The translations under genes were made by a program, and so were the position numbers. Positions 45,364 to 54,411 of a DNA stretch of 64,000 nt are shown one piece after another; positions within the stretch are counted from its first letter, which is position 1, and each line of letters begins with the position of its first letter. Below the pieces are notes generated by a model. It worked only from the letters and a program-made list of their open reading frames with translations. It was not told the DNA's origin and did no database searches. Origin of the DNA: Candidatus Lindowbacteria bacterium RIFCSPLOWO2_12_FULL_62_27. Lineage in GTDB: Bacteria; Lindowbacteria; 2-12-FULL-62-27. The stretch is from contig MFPR01000017.1 in assembly GCA_001784175.1 (NCBI GenBank), positions 93,024 to 157,023 of the forward strand, written 5' to 3'.

Positions 45364-46746
45364 TTGAGAATTGCTCATTGGTTCATTGGTTCATTGGTTT
45401 ATTCTCAGTTAATCCTTTGTGCCCTCTTCACCGCGCCGGCCTTCGCCGATCTCTCCGAATCCCGCCGAACCGCGATTGTCACGGCGGTCGAGGCGGTCCT
45501 GCCGGCGACCGTGACCATCGGCGCCGAAAAGGTCGCGGTTCAGCAGGTCAATCCCTTTCGCAGTCTCCATGACGATTTCTTCTCCGACTGGTTTTCCGAT
45601 CCGTTCTTCGGCGGGTATCGCAGGGCCGTCCGCGTCAAGAGCCTGGGCAGCGGAATCCTCGTCGACCGCCGGGGTCTCATCCTCACCAACGACCACGTCG
45701 TCGCCGGCGCCGAGGAAATTCATGTGACGCTCTCCGACGGGCGCGCCTTTCAGGCCCGCGTGAAGGGACGCGGCCTGCCGCTGGATCTTGCGCTCCTCGA
45801 AATCATGCCGCCCAAGGGCCACCCGCCGGATGAGGAACTCGATCTTCCGTTTGTGACCCCCGGCGCCTCCGACGATCTGGCGCTTGGCGAGTGGGCCGTC
45901 GCCATCGGCGCGCCGTCCAACCTCGAAGCCAGCGTCACCGCCGGCATCATCAGCGCCGTCGGCCGGCGGCTGCCGGCCAAGCAGGACTACAAGTATCTCG
46001 GCATGATCCAGACCGACGCCGCCATCAATCCCGGAAATTCCGGCGGCCCCTTGGTCAACGCCGACGGCAAAGTCGTCGGCATCAACACCGTCATCATCTC
46101 CCAGAGCGGCGGGTCCGAGGGACTGGGCTTTGCCATCCCCGCCGAGCAGGCCCGCAAGGTCATCGGCGACATTACGGAGGCCGGGGAACTTCGGCCGGCA
46201 TGGTTTGGCTGGGAACTGGCCGAGGATGAATCCGCGGGAAGGCTGGTAGTCCGGAAAGTCCACAGCCCCAGCGACGCCGCGTCGGCGGGCATTCGGCCCG
46301 GCGCCGCCCTCGTCGCGCTCAACGGCAAACCCACCCGATCGGCCGACGATTACGATCAGATGCTCCTCTCGATCCGCATCGGCCAGGCCGTCGCGGCCCG
46401 CGTGCAGGAAAACAGCGCGGAACGCGTCGTCCGCCTGATCGGCCGCGCCATCCCCGAATCGCTCCTGCGAGTCGACCTCGGGCTCGTCGTTCAAAATGTC
46501 TCTTCCCGGTATCGCCGCCTCGGCGGCTCCGGCGTCCTCGTCGCCGAAGTCCGGCCGGACGGGATCATCGCGCGCCTCAAATCGGCGCCCATCCAGCCCG
46601 GCGACATCCTCGTGGCCGTCAACGAGGAGGCGGTCGATGCCGTCGAAGCCTACGACGCGGTTGTCAGGCGCCTCAAGAAAGGCGCCACCGTCGAAATCAC
46701 CGTCCGCCGCCGCAACTTGCTTTTCAGTTTTTCGTTCTCGCTTTAG
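45364..46746 (+). CDS. DegP/HtrA serine protease with two PDZ domains
   Basis: LGSG, TNDHV, DLAL, QTDAAINPGNSGGPL; TTG start at 45364 inferred. Confidence 0.92.
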   Translation: MRIAHWFIGSLVYSQLILCALFTAPAFADLSESRRTAIVTAVEAVLPATVTIGAEKVAVQQVNPFRSLHDDFFSDWFSDPFFGGYRRAVRVKSLGSGILVDRRGLILTNDHVVAGAEEIHVTLSDGRAFQARVKGRGLPLDLALLEIMPPKGHPPDEELDLPFVTPGASDDLALGEWAVAIGAPSNLEASVTAGIISAVGRRLPAKQDYKYLGMIQTDAAINPGNSGGPLVNADGKVVGINTVIISQSGGSEGLGFAIPAEQARKVIGDITEAGELRPAWFGWELAEDESAGRLVVRKVHSPSDAASAGIRPGAALVALNGKPTRSADDYDQMLLSIRIGQAVAARVQENSAERVVRLIGRAIPESLLRVDLGLVVQNVSSRYRRLGGSGVLVAEVRPDGIIARLKSAPIQPGDILVAVNEEAVDAVEAYDAVVRRLKKGATVEITVRRRNLLFSFSFSL

Positions 46747-46783
46747 AATGCGCGCAGACCAAAATTCAAGGAGGCAATACCAC

Positions 46784-47368
46784 ATGAATAGGCACCTGAT
46801 GACCCTGCTGACCCTGAGCCTGCTGACACACACAACGGCGTGGGCGACGGAAAAAGACGCCGAACAATTACTGCAGGAATACACAAAAATACTCGGAGAT
46901 GAAATTCGGGCAGTGACCAGGGGCGCCAAAGTCATCATCGACCCCGACAAGGGAATCGATGGATTGCCTTTCGGGTCAACAACGGATTCGGCCTACGAGC
47001 TATTGGGATATCCAACGGGCGTCGTGAAATTGGGTGAGACCAAAGTGGCCTTGATCTATGGGAAGGCGCATTCCTTGATATTCAGAAAGAATAAGCTCGT
47101 CGCGGCCTATGGCACACCCCTATTGCTGAATACATCCTTACCCGGGATGGGGAGCAATCCTGAAATATCCATGGTGATCGCGCCTGGGATTGAGTTGGGC
47201 ATGGAGAAAGAAACGGTGGAAAAATTGTTGAATAAAAAGATAGTCGAGTCACCCCTGGGTTTTGATTTCAATTACGAAACGGAAAATTCCGACGTCACCA
47301 TAAAATTTGTAAAATCTCAGGGAAGAATCCAGGTATTTTCCTACAGCATTACAAATTATGGAAAATAA
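46784..47368 (+). CDS. Secreted hypothetical protein, AT-richer than its neighbours
   Basis: AGGAGG RBS; signal peptide; internal repeat (GLPFGST / GIELGME). Confidence 0.7.
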   Translation: MNRHLMTLLTLSLLTHTTAWATEKDAEQLLQEYTKILGDEIRAVTRGAKVIIDPDKGIDGLPFGSTTDSAYELLGYPTGVVKLGETKVALIYGKAHSLIFRKNKLVAAYGTPLLLNTSLPGMGSNPEISMVIAPGIELGMEKETVEKLLNKKIVESPLGFDFNYETENSDVTIKFVKSQGRIQVFSYSITNYGK

Positions 47369-47415
47369 AAAAAGAAAGAATTTGGGAAATGGGTCGGTAA
47401 ACAGGGGAAAACATA

Positions 47416-47521
47416 TTCCACGAACGGACGCGAACGATCACGAACAGACACTAAAAAACATTCTTCCTATGTAAAAATGTTCGAGTTCGTTCGTGTTCCA
47501 AGTTCGTGTTCGTTCGTGGAA
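47416..47521. repeat. REP-like palindrome built of CACGAAC/GTTCGTG units
   Basis: TTCCACGAACG ... CGTTCGTGGAA outer inverted repeat with iterated CGAAC/GTTCG units, between convergent genes. Confidence 0.8.
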
Positions 47522-47578
47522 CATGTTGAATGGTTTCTCCGCTGCCTGCGAACGCATTCGAGAAACAGGTACGGTGCT

Positions 47579-49324
47579 TTACTGCGCCAGCAGCCGGACC
47601 GCCTGCGCGACCACCTCGAAGGGGAGCCATGAATCGGAGCCTTCCAGATTGATGAAGGTCCTCGGCGATTTCGCCAGGGCCGCCGCAAGCGGGTCCCACG
47701 AAAGCGGGCCCTGGGTGCCGGAGTCCTTGGTCGAATAGAACCACAGGCTGCCCGCGTCTCCGCTGCGGCCGGCCCACTCCAGCACGACGCGCACGCATTC
47801 CTCCAGCTCGCCAAAATCGATTTTCGCATCCTTGTTCTTGTCGAAGGACGTCAGGAGGTCGTGGTTCCGGTTGAGCCATTTCCGGATCTCTTCGGCCGCA
47901 CGGTTGCGCTTCGCGGCCTCGTGTTTGAGTTGATCGCCCAACTCCGCAAGCCGCTGCGGATCGCTCATGAGTTTCCCCAGATAGTCCGGCAGGCGCAGGC
48001 CCGCGTTCCGGGTCAGCTCATGCAGCGGCGGAAGAACGCCGACCAGGCCCGACACGAAGTCGGACGTGCTGGTTTTTCCGTCTGCGCGCTTGCCGCCTTC
48101 CCACACCGTCACCGAATCGATCTTCAGGTTCGAGATTGCCTTCACCTGCTCCGCCACCAGTTGCGGGAGCTGCTCGGTGATCATGAGGAGCGCCGCCAGC
48201 TCCGGGCTGCCGCCGCTGGCGCGCACGACTTCCCGCAGGCCCGTGGCCTTCCGCGTCAGGATCGCCATCAGTCCCTCGGCTTCGCCCTCCATCACGGACC
48301 GGATCCCGTCGGCCTCGCCCTTCTTTGTCCGCCGCGTCTGTTCGGCCTGCGCCTCAGCCAGAATCTCGATGCGTTTCTTTTCGATCTCCGTCGGCACGAT
48401 CACGTTCGCGACCTGCGTCGCCTCCTCGCGCTTCGCGCGCTGCCGTTCCGCCGACTCTTCTGCAACGTATGACTCCCTCAACGCGTCGGCGGCCTTCACC
48501 TTCTCGGCCGCCGTCCCCAGACGCTCCGACTCGGCCTCCTTCTCGCGGCGATTCGCGTTGGACTGCGCGATCGTGATCGCCGCCAGGTTCTCGCCCTGCA
48601 CGGCCGCCGCGTGCGCGCTGGCGACCTGGATCCGCTGTTCCTTATTGGCCGTCGCCTTGCCGATCTCACCGTCGCGTTCCTGCTGCGCGACCTTGATCTT
48701 CGCCTCGTTGATCGCGCGCGCGGCCGCCTCCTTGCCGAGGGCCTCGATGTAGCCCGATTCGTCCGTGATGTCCTGGACGTTGACGTTGATGAGGCGCAAC
48801 CCGACTTTCTTGAGTTCAACCTCCACGCCCTTGGATATGTTGTCAATCAGCCGGTCGCGGTCCGCGTTGATCGCCTCGATCGGCATCGTCGCGATCACCA
48901 CGCGCATCTGGCCGAAAATGATGTCCTTCGCGACCTCCTGGATCGTTTTCATGTCCAGACCCAGCAGCCGCTCCGCTGCGTTCTCCATGATGCCGGGCTC
49001 GGTCGAGATGCCGATCGTGAAGGTCGACGGCGTGTTGACGCGGATGTTTTGCTGGGACAAGGCGCCCCGCAGGTTGATGTCGATCGGAATCGGCGTCAGG
49101 TCCAGATACTGGTAGTCCTGAATCACCGGCCACACAAAAGACGCGCCGCCGTGATAACACTTGGCGTGCAGGCCCCCGACGCCTCCCCCGCTGATCTTCC
49201 CATACACCACCAATATCTTGTCCGACGGGCAGCGCTTGTAGCGCGACGCAAAACTGATGAGGGTGACAAACAACGCCAGGATCCCGCCGCCGATCAAAAA
49301 TAAATACGCGACTGAAAATTGCAT
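47579..49324 (-). CDS. Flotillin (SPFH) protein with C-terminal EF-hand-like and GYF_2-like extension
   Basis: RYKRCPSDKILVVYG, GASFVWPVIQ, A/E-rich coiled coil; DKNKDAKIDFGEL; WFY...TQGP...EGSDSW. Confidence 0.9.
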   Translation of the reverse strand: MQFSVAYLFLIGGGILALFVTLISFASRYKRCPSDKILVVYGKISGGGVGGLHAKCYHGGASFVWPVIQDYQYLDLTPIPIDINLRGALSQQNIRVNTPSTFTIGISTEPGIMENAAERLLGLDMKTIQEVAKDIIFGQMRVVIATMPIEAINADRDRLIDNISKGVEVELKKVGLRLINVNVQDITDESGYIEALGKEAAARAINEAKIKVAQQERDGEIGKATANKEQRIQVASAHAAAVQGENLAAITIAQSNANRREKEAESERLGTAAEKVKAADALRESYVAEESAERQRAKREEATQVANVIVPTEIEKKRIEILAEAQAEQTRRTKKGEADGIRSVMEGEAEGLMAILTRKATGLREVVRASGGSPELAALLMITEQLPQLVAEQVKAISNLKIDSVTVWEGGKRADGKTSTSDFVSGLVGVLPPLHELTRNAGLRLPDYLGKLMSDPQRLAELGDQLKHEAAKRNRAAEEIRKWLNRNHDLLTSFDKNKDAKIDFGELEECVRVVLEWAGRSGDAGSLWFYSTKDSGTQGPLSWDPLAAALAKSPRTFINLEGSDSWLPFEVVAQAVRLLAQ

Positions 49325-49335
49325 GAGGTTCCTCC

Positions 49336-49911
49336 TTAGCCGAGCGGCTCGACCAGCAGCGTCTGCGGGTCGACCAGGTCCACGACGCGGACCTTTGCTT
49401 GATTTTCAATTCGTTGGCCGGCGTTCGTGAACGCCTGCACCACCGTGAGCCGGCCCTGCACCAAAATCTCGATCTGGCCGGGGCCCGCGCGGTTGGCCGG
49501 GATCGGCAGATACACGCTGCCGACTTTGCCGACCGCGTTCCGGTAATTGAGCGTGCCGCTGTCGCGCAGGCGGTGAAGGGATCGCATCACGGAAAAAACG
49601 AAAAAGAGAAAAACGCTCCCGACCAGCGCCGCCAGAATCACCGTGCCGTACAGCGGCAGCTTGTTCTCGATGGCAATCACGCCGGTCCATCCAAAGCCCA
49701 CAAAAAACGCAACCACCGTCCGGACCGACAGGATGTGCAGCCCGCCCGGATGGTCCGTCGGGCCCTCCATGTCGACGTCGCCGACCGTGGCGTCATGGTC
49801 AAGACCGAAGAGCATGAGAATGAGTTGTGCGACGAGGATGAGCGTGGAAAGAATCCCGATCGCGTAGAAGATTTGCAGTTCCGTCGACATCGCGCCCCAC
49901 CAAGTTGCCAT
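49336..49911 (-). CDS. NfeD-like flotillin partner
   Basis: Three TM segments (FFVGFGWTG) plus OB-fold (VGKVGSVYLPIP...GQI). Confidence 0.85.
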   Translation of the reverse strand: MATWWGAMSTELQIFYAIGILSTLILVAQLILMLFGLDHDATVGDVDMEGPTDHPGGLHILSVRTVVAFFVGFGWTGVIAIENKLPLYGTVILAALVGSVFLFFVFSVMRSLHRLRDSGTLNYRNAVGKVGSVYLPIPANRAGPGQIEILVQGRLTVVQAFTNAGQRIENQAKVRVVDLVDPQTLLVEPLG

Positions 49912-49979
49912 TCGTGACCCCCGATCAGATTGCGGTTCTCACCCCGCTCGACTCCTTATATCTATATCCCCCCGCCGCG

Positions 49980-51425
49980 TCAAAACCCGACTTTCGCGCG
50001 GAATACCACCTTCTCCGTCGCGCCCGCTTTGACGCCGGCGACAAATTCGTAGACCTGCGCCGACCGCCGGACCGGCTCGTGCGAATTCTTGAGCAGCTTG
50101 ACCTCAGCCGCCGGCGGAAACCGCTCCACCACGCGCACCTCGACATCCGTGTCTTTTCGATTGGTGAGCTCGATCTCGAACTCCGATTCGATGATCTGCG
50201 GATGTTCCCGCCGCAGAATTTGATGGTCCGTCTGGCGGCGCTCCGCCACCACGTCGAACGACCGCCCCAGCCGCAGCCGCACCGGCTCGTTTTTGGGCGT
50301 GTGGTCCACGTTGTCCTCCCCGATGAACACCCACTGGCCGTCCGCGTCCTCCTTGTTCACCCGCACGCGCCCGGCGGGAAGCGGCGCTCCGAGATGCGAC
50401 GTGTCGTCGTTTTGAAATTCGAGCGTCACGGTCACGTCCTGTTTCTGAGGGTCGGGCTGCGGGCCGGACCACCCCGACCAGAGATCGTGCGGAGGCCGCT
50501 CCACCGACAGGATCTTTTTCACGGGAATGTCGCCGGCCGTGGTCAACTCCAGTTGCTTCGATGCCTGGTCCTTCAGCGTCGTCCGGCGCTGGAATGTGTA
50601 GAGATGATATTCGGAAAAGGATTTCTGCGAGGCGGGCGCCCGCTGCTCCTTGAACTCCTCGTCGGCCGCCACACGGGCATACAAGGGAGCCGGCGCCGCC
50701 GGCGCCTCCGCCCGTTGAACGTCGCCCGCCAGAAGCTTGAGCGCGGCGTTCTCGAACGTCGCGCCGCTCTGGTTGTCGATCGTCACCCACGCCGTCAGAA
50801 TGTTCAGCCGCGTCTCCGCAGGATTCAACACCGCCACATAATCGCAGTGCCACGACATCCCCGCCGTCAAATACGTCACCGCCGCGTCCCGCGGTCCTTC
50901 CCGGTCCGACTGCAGCCGCAACGTGAGCGTCGGGCGCGTCCGCAGGTCCGACGGAACCTCCGGCAGGACCACCCGCCCGGGAAACCCCAGATGAATCTGG
51001 TGGTCGATCAGATAAATCGGCCCCTGGTTGTTCGCCAGTAGCCGCGCCTTGACGATCCGCTCCCGCGGCTCGTTCTGCACGGTCTCGGCAACGCGCAACT
51101 CAACCTCCCGACCGACGTACTTGTCCAGCAGGCTCGCCGGCGACAGGAGGTCATACTCGAAATTCTGCTCCAGCACGCGCGCCCCCTCCGCGCGAAACGA
51201 CACCGACGTCGGGTCCATCGCGGCCGGCACGCCCTCCAGCTCCAGCGTCGATTCGCCCACCGGCAGCGCGATGGTGCGTACCTCGTGAACGAGACCTAAA
51301 TTCTCATTGTAAACCGTGACCGTCACGTCCTTCCGGTCCCCGTCCGCGCTCCGAGCGGTCGTCTCCGACGCTGCTGACTCGCCGAGGAGGGCGGAGAACA
51401 ATAATGCAAGCAGGAGCGGCTTCAC
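49980..51425 (-). CDS. DUF4139/DUF4140 secreted protein
   Basis: VTVYNENLGLV, EQNFEYDL, YLTAGMSW..DY, PLPAGRVRV, FIGEDNVDHTP. Confidence 0.88.
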   Translation of the reverse strand: MKPLLLALLFSALLGESAASETTARSADGDRKDVTVTVYNENLGLVHEVRTIALPVGESTLELEGVPAAMDPTSVSFRAEGARVLEQNFEYDLLSPASLLDKYVGREVELRVAETVQNEPRERIVKARLLANNQGPIYLIDHQIHLGFPGRVVLPEVPSDLRTRPTLTLRLQSDREGPRDAAVTYLTAGMSWHCDYVAVLNPAETRLNILTAWVTIDNQSGATFENAALKLLAGDVQRAEAPAAPAPLYARVAADEEFKEQRAPASQKSFSEYHLYTFQRRTTLKDQASKQLELTTAGDIPVKKILSVERPPHDLWSGWSGPQPDPQKQDVTVTLEFQNDDTSHLGAPLPAGRVRVNKEDADGQWVFIGEDNVDHTPKNEPVRLRLGRSFDVVAERRQTDHQILRREHPQIIESEFEIELTNRKDTDVEVRVVERFPPAAEVKLLKNSHEPVRRSAQVYEFVAGVKAGATEKVVFRAKVGF

Positions 51426-52195
51426 AGCGGCGTCACATACGCGGCCGTGATGCCGCCGTCTACCATGAGCGCCGAGCCCGTGATGAACGACGAATCGTCT
51501 GACGCCAGAAACAGCGCGGCCCCGGCCACCTCCCGCGGCTCGCCGAACCGGCCCATCGGGATATGGATCAGGCGGCGCCGGCGTTTCTCCTCGGTATCGA
51601 GAATTTTCATCAGAAGCTCGGTGCGAAGCGGCCCCGGGCAGATGGCGTTCACTCGGATGTTCTCCTTGGCGTGGACCACCGCCAGCTCCCGCGTCAGCGA
51701 TACGACCCCGCCTTTGCTCGCCGTGTACGCGACCTGCGGCGTCGCCGCGCCCATCATCGCCACAAACGACGCGGTGTTGATGATCGACCCGCCCCCGGCC
51801 CGCCGCAGCGCCGGAATGCCGTGCTTGCAGCCGAGATAAACGCTCTTGAGGTTGATCGCCATCGTCCGGTCCCACACCGCCTCCTCCGTCCCGATCGCGT
51901 CGTCGTCTCCGCTCAGAAGCACACCCGCGTTGTTGAAGAGGATGTTCAAGCGCCCGAAGGCCTCCTCGGCGCGCGCGATCATTTTCGCGCAGTCTTCGGC
52001 CTTCGAAACGTCCGCGCGCACGAATATCGCCTCCCCGCCCTGCGCGCGGATCTCCGAAACGGTTTGCTCCCCATCGGATTCATTCAGGTCCACGGCCACG
52101 ACCTTTGCGCCCTCGGCCGCAAAGACCAGTGCCGACGCCCGGCCGATCCCGCTCGCGGCCCCCGTGATCAGGGCCGACTTGCCGTTGAGTCTCAT
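51422..52195 (-). CDS. SDR family oxidoreductase
   Basis: TGAASGIG, NNAG, YTASK, VNAICPG, VDGG. Confidence 0.93.
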   Translation of the reverse strand: MRLNGKSALITGAASGIGRASALVFAAEGAKVVAVDLNESDGEQTVSEIRAQGGEAIFVRADVSKAEDCAKMIARAEEAFGRLNILFNNAGVLLSGDDDAIGTEEAVWDRTMAINLKSVYLGCKHGIPALRRAGGGSIINTASFVAMMGAATPQVAYTASKGGVVSLTRELAVVHAKENIRVNAICPGPLRTELLMKILDTEEKRRRRLIHIPMGRFGEPREVAGAALFLASDDSSFITGSALMVDGGITAAYVTPL

Positions 52196-52920
52196 GAGGA
52201 ATGCCCCCTCCTCCCGGCGGACGCCGCCACGAACGAGTCGAACAATCGCTGCTGAATCGGGTCCTCCGCCGCCGTCAGCTCCGGATGCCACTGCACGCCG
52301 ATCAGCCACGGATGATCCGCTGACGGCATCTCAACGGCTTCGATGGCGCCGTCCGGCGCGAAGGCCGAAACGCTTAGTCCCTCCGCCGCGCGCCGGATGC
52401 CCTGATGGTGCCACGACGCGACTTCTATTTTTTCCTGCCCGACAATCTCCGCCAGTCGCGTCCCCGCCCGCACACGGATTTCATGCGGGATCGGCCGGCG
52501 CGGCGGCGCGCGGTGCGCGACCGCCTCGCCCAGCTCGTCCGGCAAATGCTCGATGAGCGTGCCGCCCAGCGCCACGTTCACCACCTGCGCGCCGCGGCAA
52601 ATTCCAAAAATCGGCATTCGGATGGACACCGCGCTCCGCACAAGCGCCAGTTCCGTTTCGTCACGTTCCGCGTCGACCATGTAGTTCTCCTCGTGGGCGT
52701 CGCCCCCGTACCGCGCCGGCTCGATGTCCCCGCCGCCGCTCAACATGAGCCCGTCGAGCCGCGCGACCAGCTCGTCCACGCGCGTCTCACCGTGCGGCAG
52801 AAGCGCCGCCATGCCGCCGGCCCGGCGGACCGCTTCGACATAGCCGGCGTACAGCGCGTATTTGTTGTCCGCGTCCCGCCCGTACGTTGTGATGCCGATG
52901 AGGGGGCGCGCCGTCGTCAA
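52192..52920 (-). CDS. Gamma-glutamyl-GABA hydrolase family (peptidase C26, PuuD-like)
   Basis: LSGGGDI, GICRGAQ, HHQ, GVQWHPE. Confidence 0.92.
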   Translation of the reverse strand: MTTARPLIGITTYGRDADNKYALYAGYVEAVRRAGGMAALLPHGETRVDELVARLDGLMLSGGGDIEPARYGGDAHEENYMVDAERDETELALVRSAVSIRMPIFGICRGAQVVNVALGGTLIEHLPDELGEAVAHRAPPRRPIPHEIRVRAGTRLAEIVGQEKIEVASWHHQGIRRAAEGLSVSAFAPDGAIEAVEMPSADHPWLIGVQWHPELTAAEDPIQQRLFDSFVAASAGRRGHSS

Positions 52921-52928
52921 CGGAAAGT

Positions 52929-54311
52929 TCAGATCCGCTCAAAGTATCGCTTCCGCTCCCAGTCGGTCACCGCCCGATCGTAGGCGTCCTGTTCCGTGCG
53001 GAAGAAATGAAGGTAATGCTCCACGACGTCGGCGCCGAACGCTTTTCGCGCGAACTGGCTCGCCTCGAAAAGGTCCGTGGCCTCTCGCAGACTTTTCGGT
53101 ACATGCGGGATTTTCGTCGCGCCGTACGCGTCCCCCTCAAACATCGCCGGCGGCTCCGTCCGGCGCGCGATCCCGTCCAGACCCGATGCCAGCGCCGCGG
53201 CGTACGTCAGATAGGGATTGCAGTCGGCGCCGGGAATGCGGCATTCGATCCGCAGGCTGTCTCCGTCCCGGCCGACCACTCGAAACCCCGCCGTCCGGTT
53301 GTCGTAACTCCACGCCAGCCGCGTCGGCGCCCACGAGGCCGCCTGATAGCGCTTGTAGGCATTGACGGTCGAAGCGTAAAACACCATCATCTCCGGCGCG
53401 TGCGCCATCCAGCCGCCCAGAAACCACCGGAACGCGTCCGATCCCTGCACCGGCCCGAGGCTCCGATGGCCGACGAACGCGTTCCTGCGGCCCTTCCACA
53501 AACTCAAATGTACATGGCAACTCGACCCGGCCTGGGCCGACGACCATTTCGACATGAACGTCACACTGATCCCCTGCGATTCGGCCACTTCCTTCAAACA
53601 CTGCTTGAACACAACATGCCGGTCGGCCATCGTCAGAATGTCGGCGTATCGGATGTTCAACTCGTGCTGCCCCAGCCCCCACTCGCCTTTGGAGTTTTCG
53701 ACCGGAATCCCCGACCGCCGCAGATGCCGCCGCGCCGCGCCATTGAACGATTCCTCCCGCGTGCCCTGCAGCACGTGGTAGTCCTCCAGATACCAGCCGG
53801 CCGGCTCAAGCGTTGCGTAGCCTTTTGCGGCAGCGTCGCGGTAGGAATTTTGAAAGAGATAATATTCGAGTTCGGAAGCAGCCATGGCCGTGTATCCCAT
53901 CGACGCCGCACGCGCGACCTGCCGCTTGAGCATCGACCGCGGCGCGACCGCGACCGGCGCGTGACGCCGATCGTCCTCCACGTCGCAAATCACAAACGCC
54001 GTCCGGTCCTGCCAGCTCGCCCGTCGCAGGGTCGACAGGTCGGGCACGAGATGAACGTCGCCGTACCCCTTTGACCAGTTCGCAAACCGGTACCCGGGCA
54101 CCGGATCCATTTCCATGTCGACCGTCAAGAGATAATCGCAGGCGTGCGTCCCGCCGCGAGCGCCCTCGGAAAGGAAAAAATCCGCATCCAGTCGCTTGCC
54201 CATGAACCGGCCGTACAGATCGGTAAACGCCAGCACGACGGTATCGACCGCGCCCTTCCGCGTCAGCGCCTTCAGGTCATTCAGGCTCAACACTCCCTCA
54301 GTCTTCGTCAC
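52929..54311 (-). CDS. Glutamine synthetase-like gamma-glutamyl-amine ligase (PuuA-like)
   Basis: ELEYYLF, EWGLGQHELN, GSSCHVHLSLW, DNRT, RIECRIPGADCNPYL; start at GTG 54311 inferred. Confidence 0.92.
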   Translation of the reverse strand: MTKTEGVLSLNDLKALTRKGAVDTVVLAFTDLYGRFMGKRLDADFFLSEGARGGTHACDYLLTVDMEMDPVPGYRFANWSKGYGDVHLVPDLSTLRRASWQDRTAFVICDVEDDRRHAPVAVAPRSMLKRQVARAASMGYTAMAASELEYYLFQNSYRDAAAKGYATLEPAGWYLEDYHVLQGTREESFNGAARRHLRRSGIPVENSKGEWGLGQHELNIRYADILTMADRHVVFKQCLKEVAESQGISVTFMSKWSSAQAGSSCHVHLSLWKGRRNAFVGHRSLGPVQGSDAFRWFLGGWMAHAPEMMVFYASTVNAYKRYQAASWAPTRLAWSYDNRTAGFRVVGRDGDSLRIECRIPGADCNPYLTYAAALASGLDGIARRTEPPAMFEGDAYGATKIPHVPKSLREATDLFEASQFARKAFGADVVEHYLHFFRTEQDAYDRAVTDWERKRYFERI

Positions 54312-54411
54312 GAGGCCCTCGCTCCCTGCCACGCATGCCCAAAACGTTATCATCCCGACAGCCCCATGAACAGCTTGTCCGCGTCTCTCCGGATATGGCA
54401 CAGTCGCGGTC

